Shown: piece after piece, positions 26,036 through 37,219 of the stretch | Position numbering within the stretch: position 1 is the first letter of the stretch | Layout of the letters: each line of letters starts with the position of its first letter | Source: Escherichia coli | Lineage (GTDB): Bacteria > Pseudomonadota > Gammaproteobacteria > Enterobacterales > Enterobacteriaceae | Direction: 5' to 3' (one strand) | NCBI RefSeq assembly: GCF_024502345.1 | Contig: NZ_JALDNN010000001.1 | DNA length: 64,000 nt | Notes under the pieces: generated by a model | Told to the model about the DNA's origin: nothing | Databases searched by the model: none | The model's input: the letters and a program-made list of their open reading frames with translations, nothing else | Made by a program: the position numbers and the translations under genes

Positions 26036-26310
26036 TTTCGTCTGCAATCTGAATCGTTCGCCGGTTAATATTCCCATCATAGAACTTATTATTTTTACGT
26101 TATTTGCTTTCCCACTTACGATAATTCTCTTTCGTGCTCTGAGTCACGGCAATAGTATTGTTTTTATCAATTTTGGATAATTATCACAATTAAGATCACA
26201 GAAAAGACATTACGTAAACGCATTGTAAAAAATGATAATTGCCTTAACTGCCTGACAATTCCAACATCAATGCACTGATAAAAGATCAGAATGGTCTAAG
26301 GCAGGTCTGA

Positions 26311-27786
26311 ATGAATACCCAGTATAATTCCAGTTATATATTTTCGATTACCTTAGTCGCTACATTAGGTGGTTTATTATTTGGCTACGACACCGCCGTT
26401 ATTTCCGGTACTGTTGAGTCACTCAATACCGTCTTTGTTGCTCCACAAAACTTAAGTGAATCCGCTGCCAACTCCCTGTTAGGGTTTTGCGTGGCCAGCG
26501 CTCTGATTGGTTGCATCATCGGCGGTGCCCTCGGTGGTTATTGCAGTAACCGCTTCGGTCGTCGTGATTCACTTAAGATTGCTGCTGTCCTGTTTTTTAT
26601 TTCTGGTGTAGGTTCTGCCTGGCCAGAACTTGGTTTTACCTCTATAAACCCGGACAACACAGTGCCTGTTTATCTGGCAGGTTATGTCCCGGAATTTGTT
26701 ATTTATCGTATTATTGGCGGTATTGGCGTTGGTTTAGCCTCAATGCTTTCACCAATGTATATTGCGGAACTTGCTCCTGCTCATATTCGCGGGAAACTGG
26801 TCTCTTTTAACCAGTTTGCGATTATTTTCGGGCAACTTTTAGTTTACTGCGTAAACTATTTTATTGCGCGTTCCGGTGATGCCAGCTGGCTGAATACTGA
26901 CGGCTGGCGTTATATGTTTGCCTCGGAATGTATCCCTGCACTGCTGTTCTTAATGCTGCTGTATACCGTGCCAGAAAGTCCTCGCTGGCTGATGTCACGC
27001 GGCAAGCAAGAACAGGCGGAAGGTATCCTGTGCAAAATTATGGGCAACACGCTTGCAACTCAGGCAGTACAGGAAATTAAACACTCCCTGGATCATGGCC
27101 GCAAAACCGGTGGTCGTCTGCTGATGTTTGGCGTGGGCGTGATTGTCATCGGCGTTATGCTCTCCATCTTCCAGCAATTTGTCGGCATCAATGTGGTGCT
27201 GTACTACGCGCCGGAAGTGTTCAAAACGCTGGGGGCCAGCACGGATATCGCGCTGTTGCAGACCATTATTGTCGGAGTTATCAACCTCACCTTCACCGTT
27301 CTGGCAATTATGACGGTGGATAAATTTGGTCGTAAGCCACTGCAAATTATCGGCGCGCTCGGAATGGCAATCGGTATGTTTAGCCTCGGTACCGCGTTTT
27401 ACACTCAGGCACCGGGTATTGTGGCGCTACTGTCGATGCTGTTCTATGTTGCCGCCTTTGCCATGTCCTGGGGTCCGGTATGCTGGGTTCTGCTGTCGGA
27501 AATCTTCCCGAATGCCATTCGTGGTAAAGCGCTGGCAATCGCGGTGGCGGCCCAGTGGCTGGCGAACTACTTCGTCTCCTGGACCTTCCCGATGATGGAC
27601 AAAAACTCCTGGCTTGTGGCCCATTTCCACAACGGTTTCTCCTACTGGATTTACGGTTGTATGGGCGTTCTGGCAGCACTGTTTATGTGGAAATTTGTCC
27701 CGGAAACCAAAGGTAAAACCCTTGAGGAGCTGGAAGCCCTCTGGGAACCGGAAACGAAGAAAACACAACAAACTGCTACGCTGTAA
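26311..27786 (+). CDS. xylE: D-xylose:proton symporter (MFS)
   Basis: 491 aa MNTQYNSSYIFSITLVATLGGLLFGYDTAVISGTVESL...; MFS sugar porter signatures. Confidence 0.95.
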   Translation: MNTQYNSSYIFSITLVATLGGLLFGYDTAVISGTVESLNTVFVAPQNLSESAANSLLGFCVASALIGCIIGGALGGYCSNRFGRRDSLKIAAVLFFISGVGSAWPELGFTSINPDNTVPVYLAGYVPEFVIYRIIGGIGVGLASMLSPMYIAELAPAHIRGKLVSFNQFAIIFGQLLVYCVNYFIARSGDASWLNTDGWRYMFASECIPALLFLMLLYTVPESPRWLMSRGKQEQAEGILCKIMGNTLATQAVQEIKHSLDHGRKTGGRLLMFGVGVIVIGVMLSIFQQFVGINVVLYYAPEVFKTLGASTDIALLQTIIVGVINLTFTVLAIMTVDKFGRKPLQIIGALGMAIGMFSLGTAFYTQAPGIVALLSMLFYVAAFAMSWGPVCWVLLSEIFPNAIRGKALAIAVAAQWLANYFVSWTFPMMDKNSWLVAHFHNGFSYWIYGCMGVLAALFMWKFVPETKGKTLEELEALWEPETKKTQQTATL

Positions 27787-27796
27787 TCTTCCTGTC

Positions 27797-27832
27797 CAGC
27801 ACGCCGCGCCAGTTCGGCGTGCTGTCTTTTTA
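27797..27832. terminator. Hairpin terminator between convergent xylE and psiE
   Basis: CAGCACGCCG...CGGCGTGCTG stem followed by TCTTTTT; the T-tract overlaps the psiE stop codon. Confidence 0.65.
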
Positions 27833-28240
27833 CTCCCGCTTCAGCCGTTTCGAATTACACAGCCACAGGGTGATCACCAGTAACAGGATCGCAGCCGAGT
27901 AGATCAACACATCCAGTGGCGATTTATGATCGACGATGATCAAGCGCACAATGGCGGTGATCCCAATATAGACAAAGTAACGTAGCGGGAAGTGAAAACC
28001 GGACTGAAAGTATTTCACAATCAGCGCGATAAATTCGAAATAGAGAAAGTAAACCACCAGTCCTTCTACCAGCTCATATTTGCTGGTTTGTTCTGGCGCG
28101 AACAGCACATCTGCCAGATGCACCGTTTCTTTGCCGAGGAAGACAACCAAAATCAGGCCGAGGCACAGCAGGCCAAGATTGAGTACGGTCTGCAAAATGG
28201 TGGAGATAAACTCCACGCGCGGACGAGAGAGTGACGTCAT
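27830..28240 (-). CDS. psiE: Phosphate-starvation-inducible protein PsiE
   Basis: Internal start gives [47 protein letters not shown]... 136 aa membrane protein. Confidence 0.9.
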
Positions 28241-28354
28241 AGCAGTACCTCCTTCACAGTGGCGAGCTTCCTGTATAACGCAAAAATGTGACGGAGATCT
28301 ATATTTTTTGTGTATGTTTTGTTCAACCTGGATTTGGAGCGCGCCTCCACCAAA

Positions 28355-28410
28355 GCCGGATATACCTACCCGTAGGCCGGATAAGCCGCGCCTGGCGGCG
28401 CATCCGGCAA
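28355..28410. repeat. REP element
   Basis: GTAGGCCGGATAAGCCGCGCCTGGCGGCGCATCCGGCA. Confidence 0.7.
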
Positions 28411-28509
28411 GACAAACCGCACCCAAGCCGGTAATTCAAAAATCACCCATTCAGGTGATTCCCAGCCACCAGCAATGCGCGAAAAATCGACAATGTTCCT
28501 CTGGAACAA

Positions 28510-28788
28510 ATGAAACGTAACCTGATAAAGGTGGTAAAAATGAAGCCTTATTTTGCTGCTTTGATGTTATCAGTCTCTGTTCTTCCTGCTTATGCTGGTC
28601 CGCTCGGTACTGCTGATAAAGCCGACCTACCGCAAAGCAATGTCTCCAGCCCAATGATGGCCCAGTCGCTCAGGCAACCAGACCTGCAACCGATATCGAC
28701 GGACAGTAAGACAGAATGTTTTCGCCTTTACACACCAGATCGCAAACCGGGGGTGAACTGCGTTCCTGATGGCTCAACAGGCCATTAA
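28510..28788 (+). CDS. yjbT: Small secreted protein of unknown function (YjbT-like); start may be at 28540
   Basis: 92 aa ORF; from Met11 reads MKPYFAALMLSVSVLPAYA then GPLG... (signal-peptide-like); position between psiE and yjbH. Confidence 0.6.
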   Translation: MKRNLIKVVKMKPYFAALMLSVSVLPAYAGPLGTADKADLPQSNVSSPMMAQSLRQPDLQPISTDSKTECFRLYTPDRKPGVNCVPDGSTGH

Positions 28789-28834
28789 GAATGAGGGTGC
28801 CAGTGATTGCGAAAACTGGCACCCTTCCCATGAC

Positions 28835-30931
28835 TTAGCGGAAATTGACGCTACGGTCGCTGGTCATGTCATACAACTGGAACTTACGCCCAAGTTGCTG
28901 ACCACCGTCACGCGTCAGCGGCGTCCAGCCAATCGCCGCACGGCTGCGTGTCGGGCCAGACGAGAAGAGATCCAACGGTACCGAGACATACACGCCTTTG
29001 GTGAAGTCCCCTTCGCCGTACTCCTCTTTCGAAACGTTGGTGATCGTGGCATAGCCACCCACCACCACGCCGCTGTCAAAGCGTTTAGCGATCTCCAGCG
29101 TGCCGCCTTTATCCCCTGCCAGATACTGCCCGACGCTGGCTTTCACCAACACGTCCTGGGCGAAAGATGGCGTCCAGTAGGCGGTCAGATGTCCGGTTTT
29201 CACGCTGTAGTCGGTGAATTTCATCATATCTTTTGCACTACGCCAGTCGCGCTGTTTAACGTAGTTGGCATCCAGACCAAACGCCCAGTTACTGTCCAGC
29301 GGACGATACAACACTTCGGCCCCCGCACCGCCAAACATGGTTTCGAGATAACCTCCATAGACCTGACCGTAGAAGCCGTTGCCCAGATGCTGGAAGTAGT
29401 TGGCTTGCAGGTTATTCACATAGACATCGTTCTGCACATACTCGCGCACATGGGTACGAACGCGCGGTAAGTGCGAGTCCTGCGGCGGATTGGTGTAGTT
29501 AAACTTGTCGTAGTTGTTGGCAAGATTTGCAAACAGGCTGCCGGTGGTCAGCAGATGGTCCGTCAGCCACAAATCTGCCGTTCCCATCACGCCCAGCTGA
29601 TACATGTAAAAGTTTTCCGGGCCACCGACCGACTGGTTCAGCACCGGATCGATATGGAAATCAAAGCGTGATTTGTCGATATACCAGCCCTGCTCGGTGG
29701 ACTGCGGAACCACTGGCTCGACGCGTTTTTGCGCCAGCTTCGTTTCGTGGCCCAACGGCTCTCCGGCGAGATGATTTTTCAGGCTGGCGACATCGGTTTC
29801 CGTCGTCACCTGCGGCATGTTAAGACGATTTTCCGTAATGCGGATCGTTTTGATCCCATCCGGCAGATCGTTCATCACGATCCGATTCGCACGGATGATC
29901 CCTTCGCGCGAATCACGATATTTCACCTGCTCGCCGGTAACATACAGCGTATCGCCTTTCGCCTGGATCTGTGGATCGGCAAGTCCAGCATTGTATTTCA
30001 ACAGCGTTAACTGATTCGCCACCACCGAATGCTGCAAAATGGCATCCTGCGGCTGCGGTTGATATTGCGGGCGGGCGTTATCGTTGTAAGACGGGCGCAG
30101 ATCGTTAAAGTTGGTGCGCAACGTAACGCCAAACATAAAGGTGTTGCCACGTTCATAGCTAAGGTTAACGTCGGCCCAATCGGTAACGCGATAAATCGCA
30201 CCGACGTTAAACTTACTTTTTTGCTCCAGCTTCCCGGCAAAATCCTGCTGATAATTATTGCCTTCATACTCCAGTTTCAGGCGCAGCGGTTGCCAGGGCG
30301 TCTGGTATTCCACGCCGCCAAACAGTGAGGCAGGACCGTGGAAAATCTGGCTACCGTCGATAGATCCCGCCTGTTTGTAGCTGTTATCGCGATAGCAATA
30401 TTTATCACTGGCTGAACAGAGCGGATTTTTCACATTACCGCTGGTGCCCAAATATCCCCAGCCCAGGCCGAGCGTAAAATCGAACGGCCCCCAGGCTTTG
30501 CTGGCAACAAGATATTCCGCATCAAACAGCCCCGTACCGCCGATATCCCGCGCACCAACCGCCACTTGCGGCAGCCAGTAACTCTCTTCCCACAAACGCA
30601 GTTTGAGATCGAAGGCTTTATCTTTATACGTTTGATCGCCAGAGAACGCTTCGACGCTGCTGTACTGCCGGGTGCGCACGTCGGTGTAGCGCAGCGTTGT
30701 TTCCAGCCACGGGAAGAGTTGCACTGAAGCTGAGTAATAACGGTACTGATCGTTATCGCGATAGTTCAGACTCAACTCCCCTTCCCGTGCCATACGCGCG
30801 GTGGGCGTTTGTAATAATCCTACGCCACCGAAATCCGACTGCGACGGACCAATGGGCGCAGGATATGTTTCGCCGTAGCAAGCTGTGCTAATGCCCAGCG
30901 CCAGTAAGCTAAGCAGATGTCTTTTTTTCAT
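28835..30931 (-). CDS. yjbH: Outer-membrane-associated protein YjbH (yjbEFGH exopolysaccharide locus)
   Basis: 698 aa [59 protein letters not shown]... Confidence 0.9.
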   Translation of the reverse strand: MKKRHLLSLLALGISTACYGETYPAPIGPSQSDFGGVGLLQTPTARMAREGELSLNYRDNDQYRYYSASVQLFPWLETTLRYTDVRTRQYSSVEAFSGDQTYKDKAFDLKLRLWEESYWLPQVAVGARDIGGTGLFDAEYLVASKAWGPFDFTLGLGWGYLGTSGNVKNPLCSASDKYCYRDNSYKQAGSIDGSQIFHGPASLFGGVEYQTPWQPLRLKLEYEGNNYQQDFAGKLEQKSKFNVGAIYRVTDWADVNLSYERGNTFMFGVTLRTNFNDLRPSYNDNARPQYQPQPQDAILQHSVVANQLTLLKYNAGLADPQIQAKGDTLYVTGEQVKYRDSREGIIRANRIVMNDLPDGIKTIRITENRLNMPQVTTETDVASLKNHLAGEPLGHETKLAQKRVEPVVPQSTEQGWYIDKSRFDFHIDPVLNQSVGGPENFYMYQLGVMGTADLWLTDHLLTTGSLFANLANNYDKFNYTNPPQDSHLPRVRTHVREYVQNDVYVNNLQANYFQHLGNGFYGQVYGGYLETMFGGAGAEVLYRPLDSNWAFGLDANYVKQRDWRSAKDMMKFTDYSVKTGHLTAYWTPSFAQDVLVKASVGQYLAGDKGGTLEIAKRFDSGVVVGGYATITNVSKEEYGEGDFTKGVYVSVPLDLFSSGPTRSRAAIGWTPLTRDGGQQLGRKFQLYDMTSDRSVNFR

Positions 30932-31668
30932 TATTGAGGTATCCGCTGCGTCAGAGTCTGAAGAATGTCGGCGTTAAGGGCATCAGGCGTCTCACTCCAG
31001 ACGGAGTCCGCGAGGCCAACATAAATAATGCTGCCGGGCATCGGCTCTACGTGACGCTTGTTCCAGTAAGCCACCGGCGCTTTTTGCGTGCGTCCGTCCG
31101 GGTAAACCACCCACGCGTAGCTGCGATCCGCACCGCTGAGCAGGCTCTGGTCAGAGAGATAGCTCGCCACGTCGCGACCTGGAGTGAATGGCTGCTTGCC
31201 AGGACGGCTGATAAGCCCGAACAACGTGACCGTGGACGGCGGTGGTCCGACCCACAGCGTGTAGTTGCCCTGCAACGGCGGGTTACCGCGTTCGGCAACG
31301 CGGACGATATCGGGATCAAGATTGATTTTTTGCCTGCCCGTCACTTTCAACGCCTGAATTTGCTGGCGTAAGGCGTTAATCGCGGCGGCATCGTCGGCGC
31401 TGGAATCTGCAGCCAGTTCTGCCAGCCGTGTCAGCAACGCCTGCTGCTGCCGCAATGCTGCCGCCGTTGCCAGCTCTTCGCTAATCACCGCACCAGGCCA
31501 CCAACTGTTTGCCAGCCGCGGCTGGCCTACCAGATCGATTAAATACTCTGCGCCCGTCAGCGTTTTGGCCTCACTGCTGCCATTGCTGAATACCTTGACG
31601 GTTCCCGCCGCGAAGACCGATGACGCCCCCACACTCAAAATCAATGCGACAATAGTTTGTTTAATCAT
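30931..31668 (-). CDS. yjbG: YjbG periplasmic protein (yjbEFGH operon)
   Basis: 245 aa [37 protein letters not shown]...; stop overlaps the yjbH start. Confidence 0.9.
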   Translation of the reverse strand: MIKQTIVALILSVGASSVFAAGTVKVFSNGSSEAKTLTGAEYLIDLVGQPRLANSWWPGAVISEELATAAALRQQQALLTRLAELAADSSADDAAAINALRQQIQALKVTGRQKINLDPDIVRVAERGNPPLQGNYTLWVGPPPSTVTLFGLISRPGKQPFTPGRDVASYLSDQSLLSGADRSYAWVVYPDGRTQKAPVAYWNKRHVEPMPGSIIYVGLADSVWSETPDALNADILQTLTQRIPQ

Positions 31669-32303
31669 TGTTTTGCCGCCTTGATGAGAGTGGTTTTCAC
31701 CGGGAAATAATCCGCGCCGAGATACTGTTCCGACTGGCGAATTTGCCCTTCGCTGTCGATCCAGTAGCGGTTATGCCAGCGCGCCTGGTCGGTGGAGACT
31801 TCTTCGTCCAGCACGCGAACCGGGGTTTCATCGCTGCCGACCTTGACGGTATCGGTGCCATCCCATTTGAAGACTGAGCGTGCGGTGGCGTAGCGTACCT
31901 GCTGGTACTCGGTCCAGCCCATCGTGCGCGTCCATGTTGCACCATCAACAATTTGTGCGGGTTTAATCAGCGGGTCGGCGGCAAGGTTATTCACTTCAAT
32001 CAGGTTGTCGCCGCCAAGCAAAGTCTTCACCAGACGACCATGTTGTGTGACAAGAGTGGCTTGATCCTGAGTGACCCATTTTTGTTGTCCGTCTTCAGCG
32101 AAGGCCAGCACCACAAACAATTGCGGCCCGCCATTAAGCTGCATGTACTGGCTGGCGTAGGGCATATTTTGAATATCATCGTCCGTCAGCTGTACGCCTG
32201 GCGTGCCGAACAGACTGTCCCACAGTGAATTGCCCAGCTCTTTAGTCGTGGCTGAACAGGCCTGTAATAGCAGGCAGATAAGAATGAGTGCAGGTCGCTT
32301 CAC
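31665..32303 (-). CDS. yjbF: Lipoprotein YjbF (yjbEFGH operon); probable GTG start
   Basis: ...VKRPALILICLLLQACSATTKELGNSLWDSLFG... with lipobox LLQAC; ORF track start at 32333 is probably an extension. Confidence 0.8.
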   Translation of the reverse strand: MKRPALILICLLLQACSATTKELGNSLWDSLFGTPGVQLTDDDIQNMPYASQYMQLNGGPQLFVVLAFAEDGQQKWVTQDQATLVTQHGRLVKTLLGGDNLIEVNNLAADPLIKPAQIVDGATWTRTMGWTEYQQVRYATARSVFKWDGTDTVKVGSDETPVRVLDEEVSTDQARWHNRYWIDSEGQIRQSEQYLGADYFPVKTTLIKAAKQ

Positions 32304-32416
32304 GACTCTTCTCCAGAGGGGCAGAATAACCACACCGGAGTGTGGTTATGGTAAATCCCTTCATACTTCAAGCCACAGATGCAATGACTCAAATTATTTT
32401 GGGGATACATACTTTA

Positions 32417-32659
32417 TTACTGGGTACTGGTGGTCGTGGTTGTGGTGGTCCCGGTATTAGAACCATCACCGCCACCGGTTGCCGCGAGCGCGACACCCAC
32501 CGCCGAGCTTACGGTGCTGACGCTGGTCGCGGAGGAACTCCCCGCCGAAACCGACGTTGCTGCCGACCCTGCCGCTTCGCCCACCTGTACAGGTGCAGCC
32601 CACGCAGAAGTCGCCGCAAGCGCAGATATGGCAAAAATGCCATACAGAACTTTTTTCAT
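32417..32659 (-). CDS. yjbE: Small secreted Ser/Thr/Gly-rich protein YjbE
   Basis: 80 aa [80 protein letters not shown]. Confidence 0.85.
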
Positions 32660-32965
32660 AACAATTTCCCTTCATTGAATGAATGGAGATTTACCCAAAA
32701 ACATTTCGGGCGGGATCGAGTATACACAACTAAAGCATGCGAATTACGGCGCGGGGAATTAGCGATGGCGTTTTAGGATAATTGGAATGAATATCAAATA
32801 TAAGTTTCAGCTTATATTTAAATAACAATAAAAATCACAAACTTAAAATAAAAACAAAAGTAATTAATCTGCGTATTTTCCGAAATAAACAACGATTAAA
32901 AATCTATTTTAGGATTAACCTCACGGTATGATTTCCGTTAAATCACAGACAAGGGGATTTATCTG

Positions 32966-32996
32966 ATAAAAAAATGCCGACATAACGTCGGCATTG
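32966..32996 (-). terminator. Rho-independent terminator downstream of pgi
   Basis: Minus strand AATGCCGACGTTATGTCGGCATT hairpin followed by TTTTTTT. Confidence 0.7.
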
Positions 32997-33067
32997 TTAT
33001 TAAGGTTATTTAATCAATCGTGCTATGTATTAATTGCCGAATACGATGTACATATCGGCATCGACCT

Positions 33068-33146
33068 GTAGGCCTGATAAGACGCGACCGCGTCGCATCA
33101 GGCATCGGTTGCCGGATGCGGCGTGAACGCCTTATCCGGCCTACAT
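33068..33146. repeat. REP cluster downstream of pgi
   Basis: GTAGGCCTGATAAGACGCGACCGCGTCGCATCAGGC and GCCGGATGCGGCGTGAACGCCTTATCCGGCCTAC. Confidence 0.8.
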
Positions 33147-33170
33147 AGCGGCATCAGGCATGAACGATGA

Positions 33171-34820
33171 TTAACCGCGCCACGCTTTATAGCGGTTAAT
33201 CAGACCATTGGTCGAGCTATCGTGGCTGCTGATTTCTTTATCATCTTTCAGCTCTGGCAGAATACGGTTCGCCAGCTGTTTACCCAGTTCCACGCCCCAC
33301 TGGTCGAAGGTGAAGATGTTCAGGATCACGCCCTGAGTAAAGATTTTGTGCTCATACAGCGCAATCAACGCACCCAAGCTGAACGGAGTGATTTCACGCA
33401 GCAGGATGGAGTTGGTCGGGCGGTTACCTTCGAACACTTTGAACGGCACCACGTAGTCAAGCGTTGCCGGATCTTTACCCTGATCGCGATATTCCTGCTC
33501 AACCACTTCGCGGGATTTACCAAACGCCAGCGCTTCGGTCTGAGCAAAGAAGTTAGACAGCAGTTTCTGGTGATGATCAGAGAGCGGGTTATGGGTGATA
33601 GCCGGGGCGATGAAATCGCACGGTACCATTTTGGTTCCCTGATGGATCAGCTGATAGAACGCGTGCTGACCGTTAGTGCCTGGTTCACCCCAGATAATCG
33701 GGCCAGTCTGGTAATCCACAACGTTACCGTTACGGTCAACATACTTACCGTTGGACTCCATATTGCCCTGCTGGAAGTACGCCGCGAAACGGTGCATATA
33801 CTGGTCATACGGCAGAATCGCTTCAGTTTCCGCACCAAAGAAATTGTTGTACCAGATGCCAATCAGCGCCAACAGTACAGGCAGGTTTTTCTCGGCAGGC
33901 GTGGTGGAGAAATGCTTGTCCATCGCGTGTGCGCCAGAAAGCAGTTCAACGAAGTTATCAAAGCCGATGGAGAGAACAATCGACAGGCCAATCGCTGACC
34001 ACAAAGAGTAACGGCCGCCAACCCAGTCCCAGAACTCGAACATGTTGGCGGTATCAATACCAAACTCGCCAACGGCTTTGGCATTGGTGGAGAGCGCCGC
34101 AAAGTGTTTCGCAACGTGTTTTTCATCACCCGCCGCTTTCAGGAACCAGTCACGCGCGCTATGGGCGTTGGTCATGGTTTCCTGAGTGGTGAAGGTTTTA
34201 GATGCTACCAGGAACAGGGTAGTTTCCGGGTTTACTTTTTTCAGCACTTCCGCGATGTGGGTGCCATCGACGTTAGACACAAAGTGCATGTTCAGGTGGT
34301 TTTTGTACGGACGCAGTGCTTCGGTCACCATGTACGGGCCGAGGTCAGAACCGCCGATCCCGATGTTCACTACGTCAGTGATTGCTTTGCCGGTATAACC
34401 CTTCCACTCACCGGAGATAATCGCTTCCGAGAAGGTTTTCATCTTCTCCAGCACCGCGTTGACTTCCGGCATTACGTCTTTGCCATCAACCAGAATCGGG
34501 GTATTGCTACGGTTACGCAGCGCTACGTGCAGCACGGCGCGGTTTTCAGTGCGGTTGATCTTCTCGCCAGAGAACATCGACTTAATCGCGCCCGCCAGAT
34601 CGCACTCTTTCGCCAGATCTTGTAATTTCGCCAGCGTCTCTTCAGTGATGCGGTTTTTGGAGTAATCCACCAGCATCTGATCGTCGAAGGTTGCGGAGAA
34701 CTTAGAAAAACGATCGCCGTCTTTAGCAAAAAGATCGGCGATCGTAACGTCTTTCATTTCATCGAAGTGTTTCTGTAGTGCCTGCCAGGCAGCGGTCTGC
34801 GTTGGATTGATGTTTTTCAT
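33171..34820 (-). CDS. pgi: Glucose-6-phosphate isomerase
   Basis: [58 protein letters not shown]... 549 aa from the internal start. Confidence 0.95.
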
Positions 34821-35059
34821 TAGCAATACTCTTCTGATTTTGAGAATTGTGACTTTGGAAGATTGTAGCGCCAGTCACAGAAAAATGTGATGGTTTTAGT
34901 GCCGTTAGCGTAATGTTGAGTGTAAACCCTTAGCGCAGTGAAGCATTTATTAGCTGAACTACTGACCGCCAGGAGTGGATGAAAAATCCGCATGACCCCG
35001 TCGTTGACAACCGCCCCGCTCACCCTTTATTTATAAATGTACTACCTGCGCTAGCGCAG

Positions 35060-35335
35060 GCCAGAAGAGGCGCGTTGCCCAAGTAACGGTGTTGGAGGAG
35101 CCAGTCCTGTGATAACACCTGAGGGGGTGCATCGCCGAGGTGATTGAACGGCTGGCCACGTTCATCATCGGCTACAGGGGCTGAATCCCCTGGGTTGTCA
35201 CCAGAAGCGTTCGCAGTCGGGCGTTTCGCAAGTGGTGGAGCACTTCTGGGTGAAAATAGTAGCGAAGTATCGCTCTGCGCCCACCCGTCTTCCGCTCTTC
35301 CCTTGTGCCAAGGCTGAAAATGGATCCCCTGACAC
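35060..35335 (+). promoter_or_regulatory. Lysine riboswitch (L-box) in the lysC 5' leader
   Basis: Leader begins AGAGGCGCGTTGCCCAAGTAACGGTGTTGGAGGAGCCAG... and contains GGTTGTCACCAGAAGCG; long structured leader directly upstream of lysC, a known lysine-riboswitch-controlled gene; boundaries approximate. Confidence 0.75.
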
Positions 35336-35344
35336 GAGGTAGTT

Positions 35345-36694
35345 ATGTCTGAAATTGTTGTCTCCAAATTTGGCGGTACCAGCGTAGCTGATTTTGACGC
35401 CATGAACCGCAGCGCTGATATTGTGCTTTCTGATGCCAACGTACGTTTAGTTGTCCTCTCGGCTTCTGCTGGTATCACTAATCTGCTGGTCTCTTTAGCC
35501 GAAGGACTGGAACCTGGCGAGCGATTCGAAAAACTCGACGCAATCCGCAATATCCAGTTTGCCATTCTGGAACGTCTGCGTTACCCGAACGTTATCCGTG
35601 AAGAGATTGAACGTCTGCTGGAGAACATTACTGTTCTGGCAGAAGCGGCGGCGCTGGCAACGTCTCCGGCGCTGACAGATGAACTGGTCAGCCACGGCGA
35701 GCTGATGTCGACCCTGCTGTTTGTTGAGATCCTGCGCGAACGCGATGTTCAGGCACAGTGGTTTGATGTACGTAAAGTGATGCGTACCAACGACCGATTT
35801 GGTCGTGCAGAGCCAGATGTAGCCGCGCTGGCGGAACTGGCCGCGCTGCAGCTGCTCCCACGCCTCAATGAAGGCTTAGTGATCACCCAGGGATTTATCG
35901 GTAGCGAAAATAAAGGTCGTACAACGACGCTTGGCCGTGGAGGCAGCGATTATACGGCAGCCTTGCTGGCGGAGGCTTTACACGCATCTCGTGTTGATAT
36001 CTGGACCGACGTCCCGGGCATCTACACCACCGATCCACGCGTGGTTTCCGCAGCAAAACGCATTGATGAAATCGCGTTTGCCGAAGCGGCAGAGATGGCA
36101 ACTTTTGGTGCAAAAGTACTGCATCCGGCAACATTGCTACCCGCAGTACGCAGCGATATCCCGGTCTTTGTCGGCTCCAGCAAAGACCCACGCGCAGGTG
36201 GTACGCTGGTGTGCAATAAAACTGAAAATCCGCCGCTGTTCCGCGCGCTGGCGCTTCGTCGCAATCAGACTCTGCTCACTTTGCACAGCCTGAATATGCT
36301 GCATTCTCGCGGTTTCCTCGCGGAAGTTTTCGGCATCCTCGCGCGGCATAATATTTCGGTAGACTTAATCACCACGTCAGAAGTGAGCGTGGCATTAACC
36401 CTTGATACCACCGGTTCAACCTCCACTGGCGATACGTTGCTGACGCAATCTCTGCTGATGGAGCTTTCCGCACTGTGCCGGGTGGAGGTGGAAGAAGGTC
36501 TGGCGCTGGTCGCGTTGATTGGCAATGACCTGTCAAAAGCCTGCGGCGTTGGCAAAGAGGTATTCGGCGTACTGGAACCGTTCAACATTCGCATGATTTG
36601 TTATGGCGCATCCAGCCATAACCTGTGCTTCCTGGTGCCCGGCGAAGATGCCGAGCAGGTGGTGCAAAAACTGCATAGTAATTTGTTTGAGTAA
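35345..36694 (+). CDS. lysC: Lysine-sensitive aspartokinase III
   Basis: 449 aa MSEIVVSKFGGTSVADFDAMNRSADIVLSDANVRLVVLSASAGITNLLVSLAEG... Confidence 0.97.
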   Translation: MSEIVVSKFGGTSVADFDAMNRSADIVLSDANVRLVVLSASAGITNLLVSLAEGLEPGERFEKLDAIRNIQFAILERLRYPNVIREEIERLLENITVLAEAAALATSPALTDELVSHGELMSTLLFVEILRERDVQAQWFDVRKVMRTNDRFGRAEPDVAALAELAALQLLPRLNEGLVITQGFIGSENKGRTTTLGRGGSDYTAALLAEALHASRVDIWTDVPGIYTTDPRVVSAAKRIDEIAFAEAAEMATFGAKVLHPATLLPAVRSDIPVFVGSSKDPRAGGTLVCNKTENPPLFRALALRRNQTLLTLHSLNMLHSRGFLAEVFGILARHNISVDLITTSEVSVALTLDTTGSTSTGDTLLTQSLLMELSALCRVEVEEGLALVALIGNDLSKACGVGKEVFGVLEPFNIRMICYGASSHNLCFLVPGEDAEQVVQKLHSNLFE

Positions 36695-36946
36695 ATACTG
36701 TATGGCCTGGAAGCTATATTTCGGGCCGTATTGATTTTCTTGTCACTATGCTCATCAATAAACGAGCCTGTACTCTGTTAACCAGCGTCTTTATCGGAGA
36801 ATAATTGCCTTTAATTTTTTTATCTGCATCTCTAATTAATTATCGAAAGAGATAAATAGTTAAGAGAAGGCAAAATGAACATTATCAGTTCTGCTCGCAA
36901 ACGAATTCCCGTACACTGAACTCTCTGGCTCACTGAGGGCACCATC

Positions 36947-37219
36947 ATGGCACTCCCGCGTATTACCCAAAAAGAGATGACTGAACGCGAGCAGCGTGAA
37001 CTTAAAACACTGCTGGATCGGGCGCGGATTGCGCATGGTCGCGTACTGACCAACTCCGAAACCAACAGCATTAAGAAAGAGTACATCGATAAATTAATGG
37101 TCGAGCGTGAGGCTGAAGCGAAAAAAGCCCGCCAGTTAAAGAAAAAGCAGGCTTATAAACCGGATCCTGAAGCGTCATTCAGTTGGTCGGCAAATACGTC
37201 GACGCGCGGCAGGCGCTGA
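36947..37219 (+). CDS. yjbD: Small uncharacterised protein YjbD
   Basis: 90 aa MALPRITQKEMTEREQRELKTLLDRARIAHGRVLTNSETNSIKKEYIDKLMVEREAEAKKARQ... Confidence 0.75.
   Translation: MALPRITQKEMTEREQRELKTLLDRARIAHGRVLTNSETNSIKKEYIDKLMVEREAEAKKARQLKKKQAYKPDPEASFSWSANTSTRGRR

Noticed and set aside
32342-32776. 144 aa Arg/Gly-rich plus-strand ORF
   Set aside because: Antisense to yjbE (its Thr/Ser/Gly repeat codons read as Gly/Arg-rich on the other strand); artefact of the low-complexity repeat.
35020-35565. 181 aa minus-strand ORF spanning the lysC leader and start
   Set aside because: Overlaps the lysine riboswitch and the lysC 5' end antisense; Ser/Pro/Ala-rich chance ORF.
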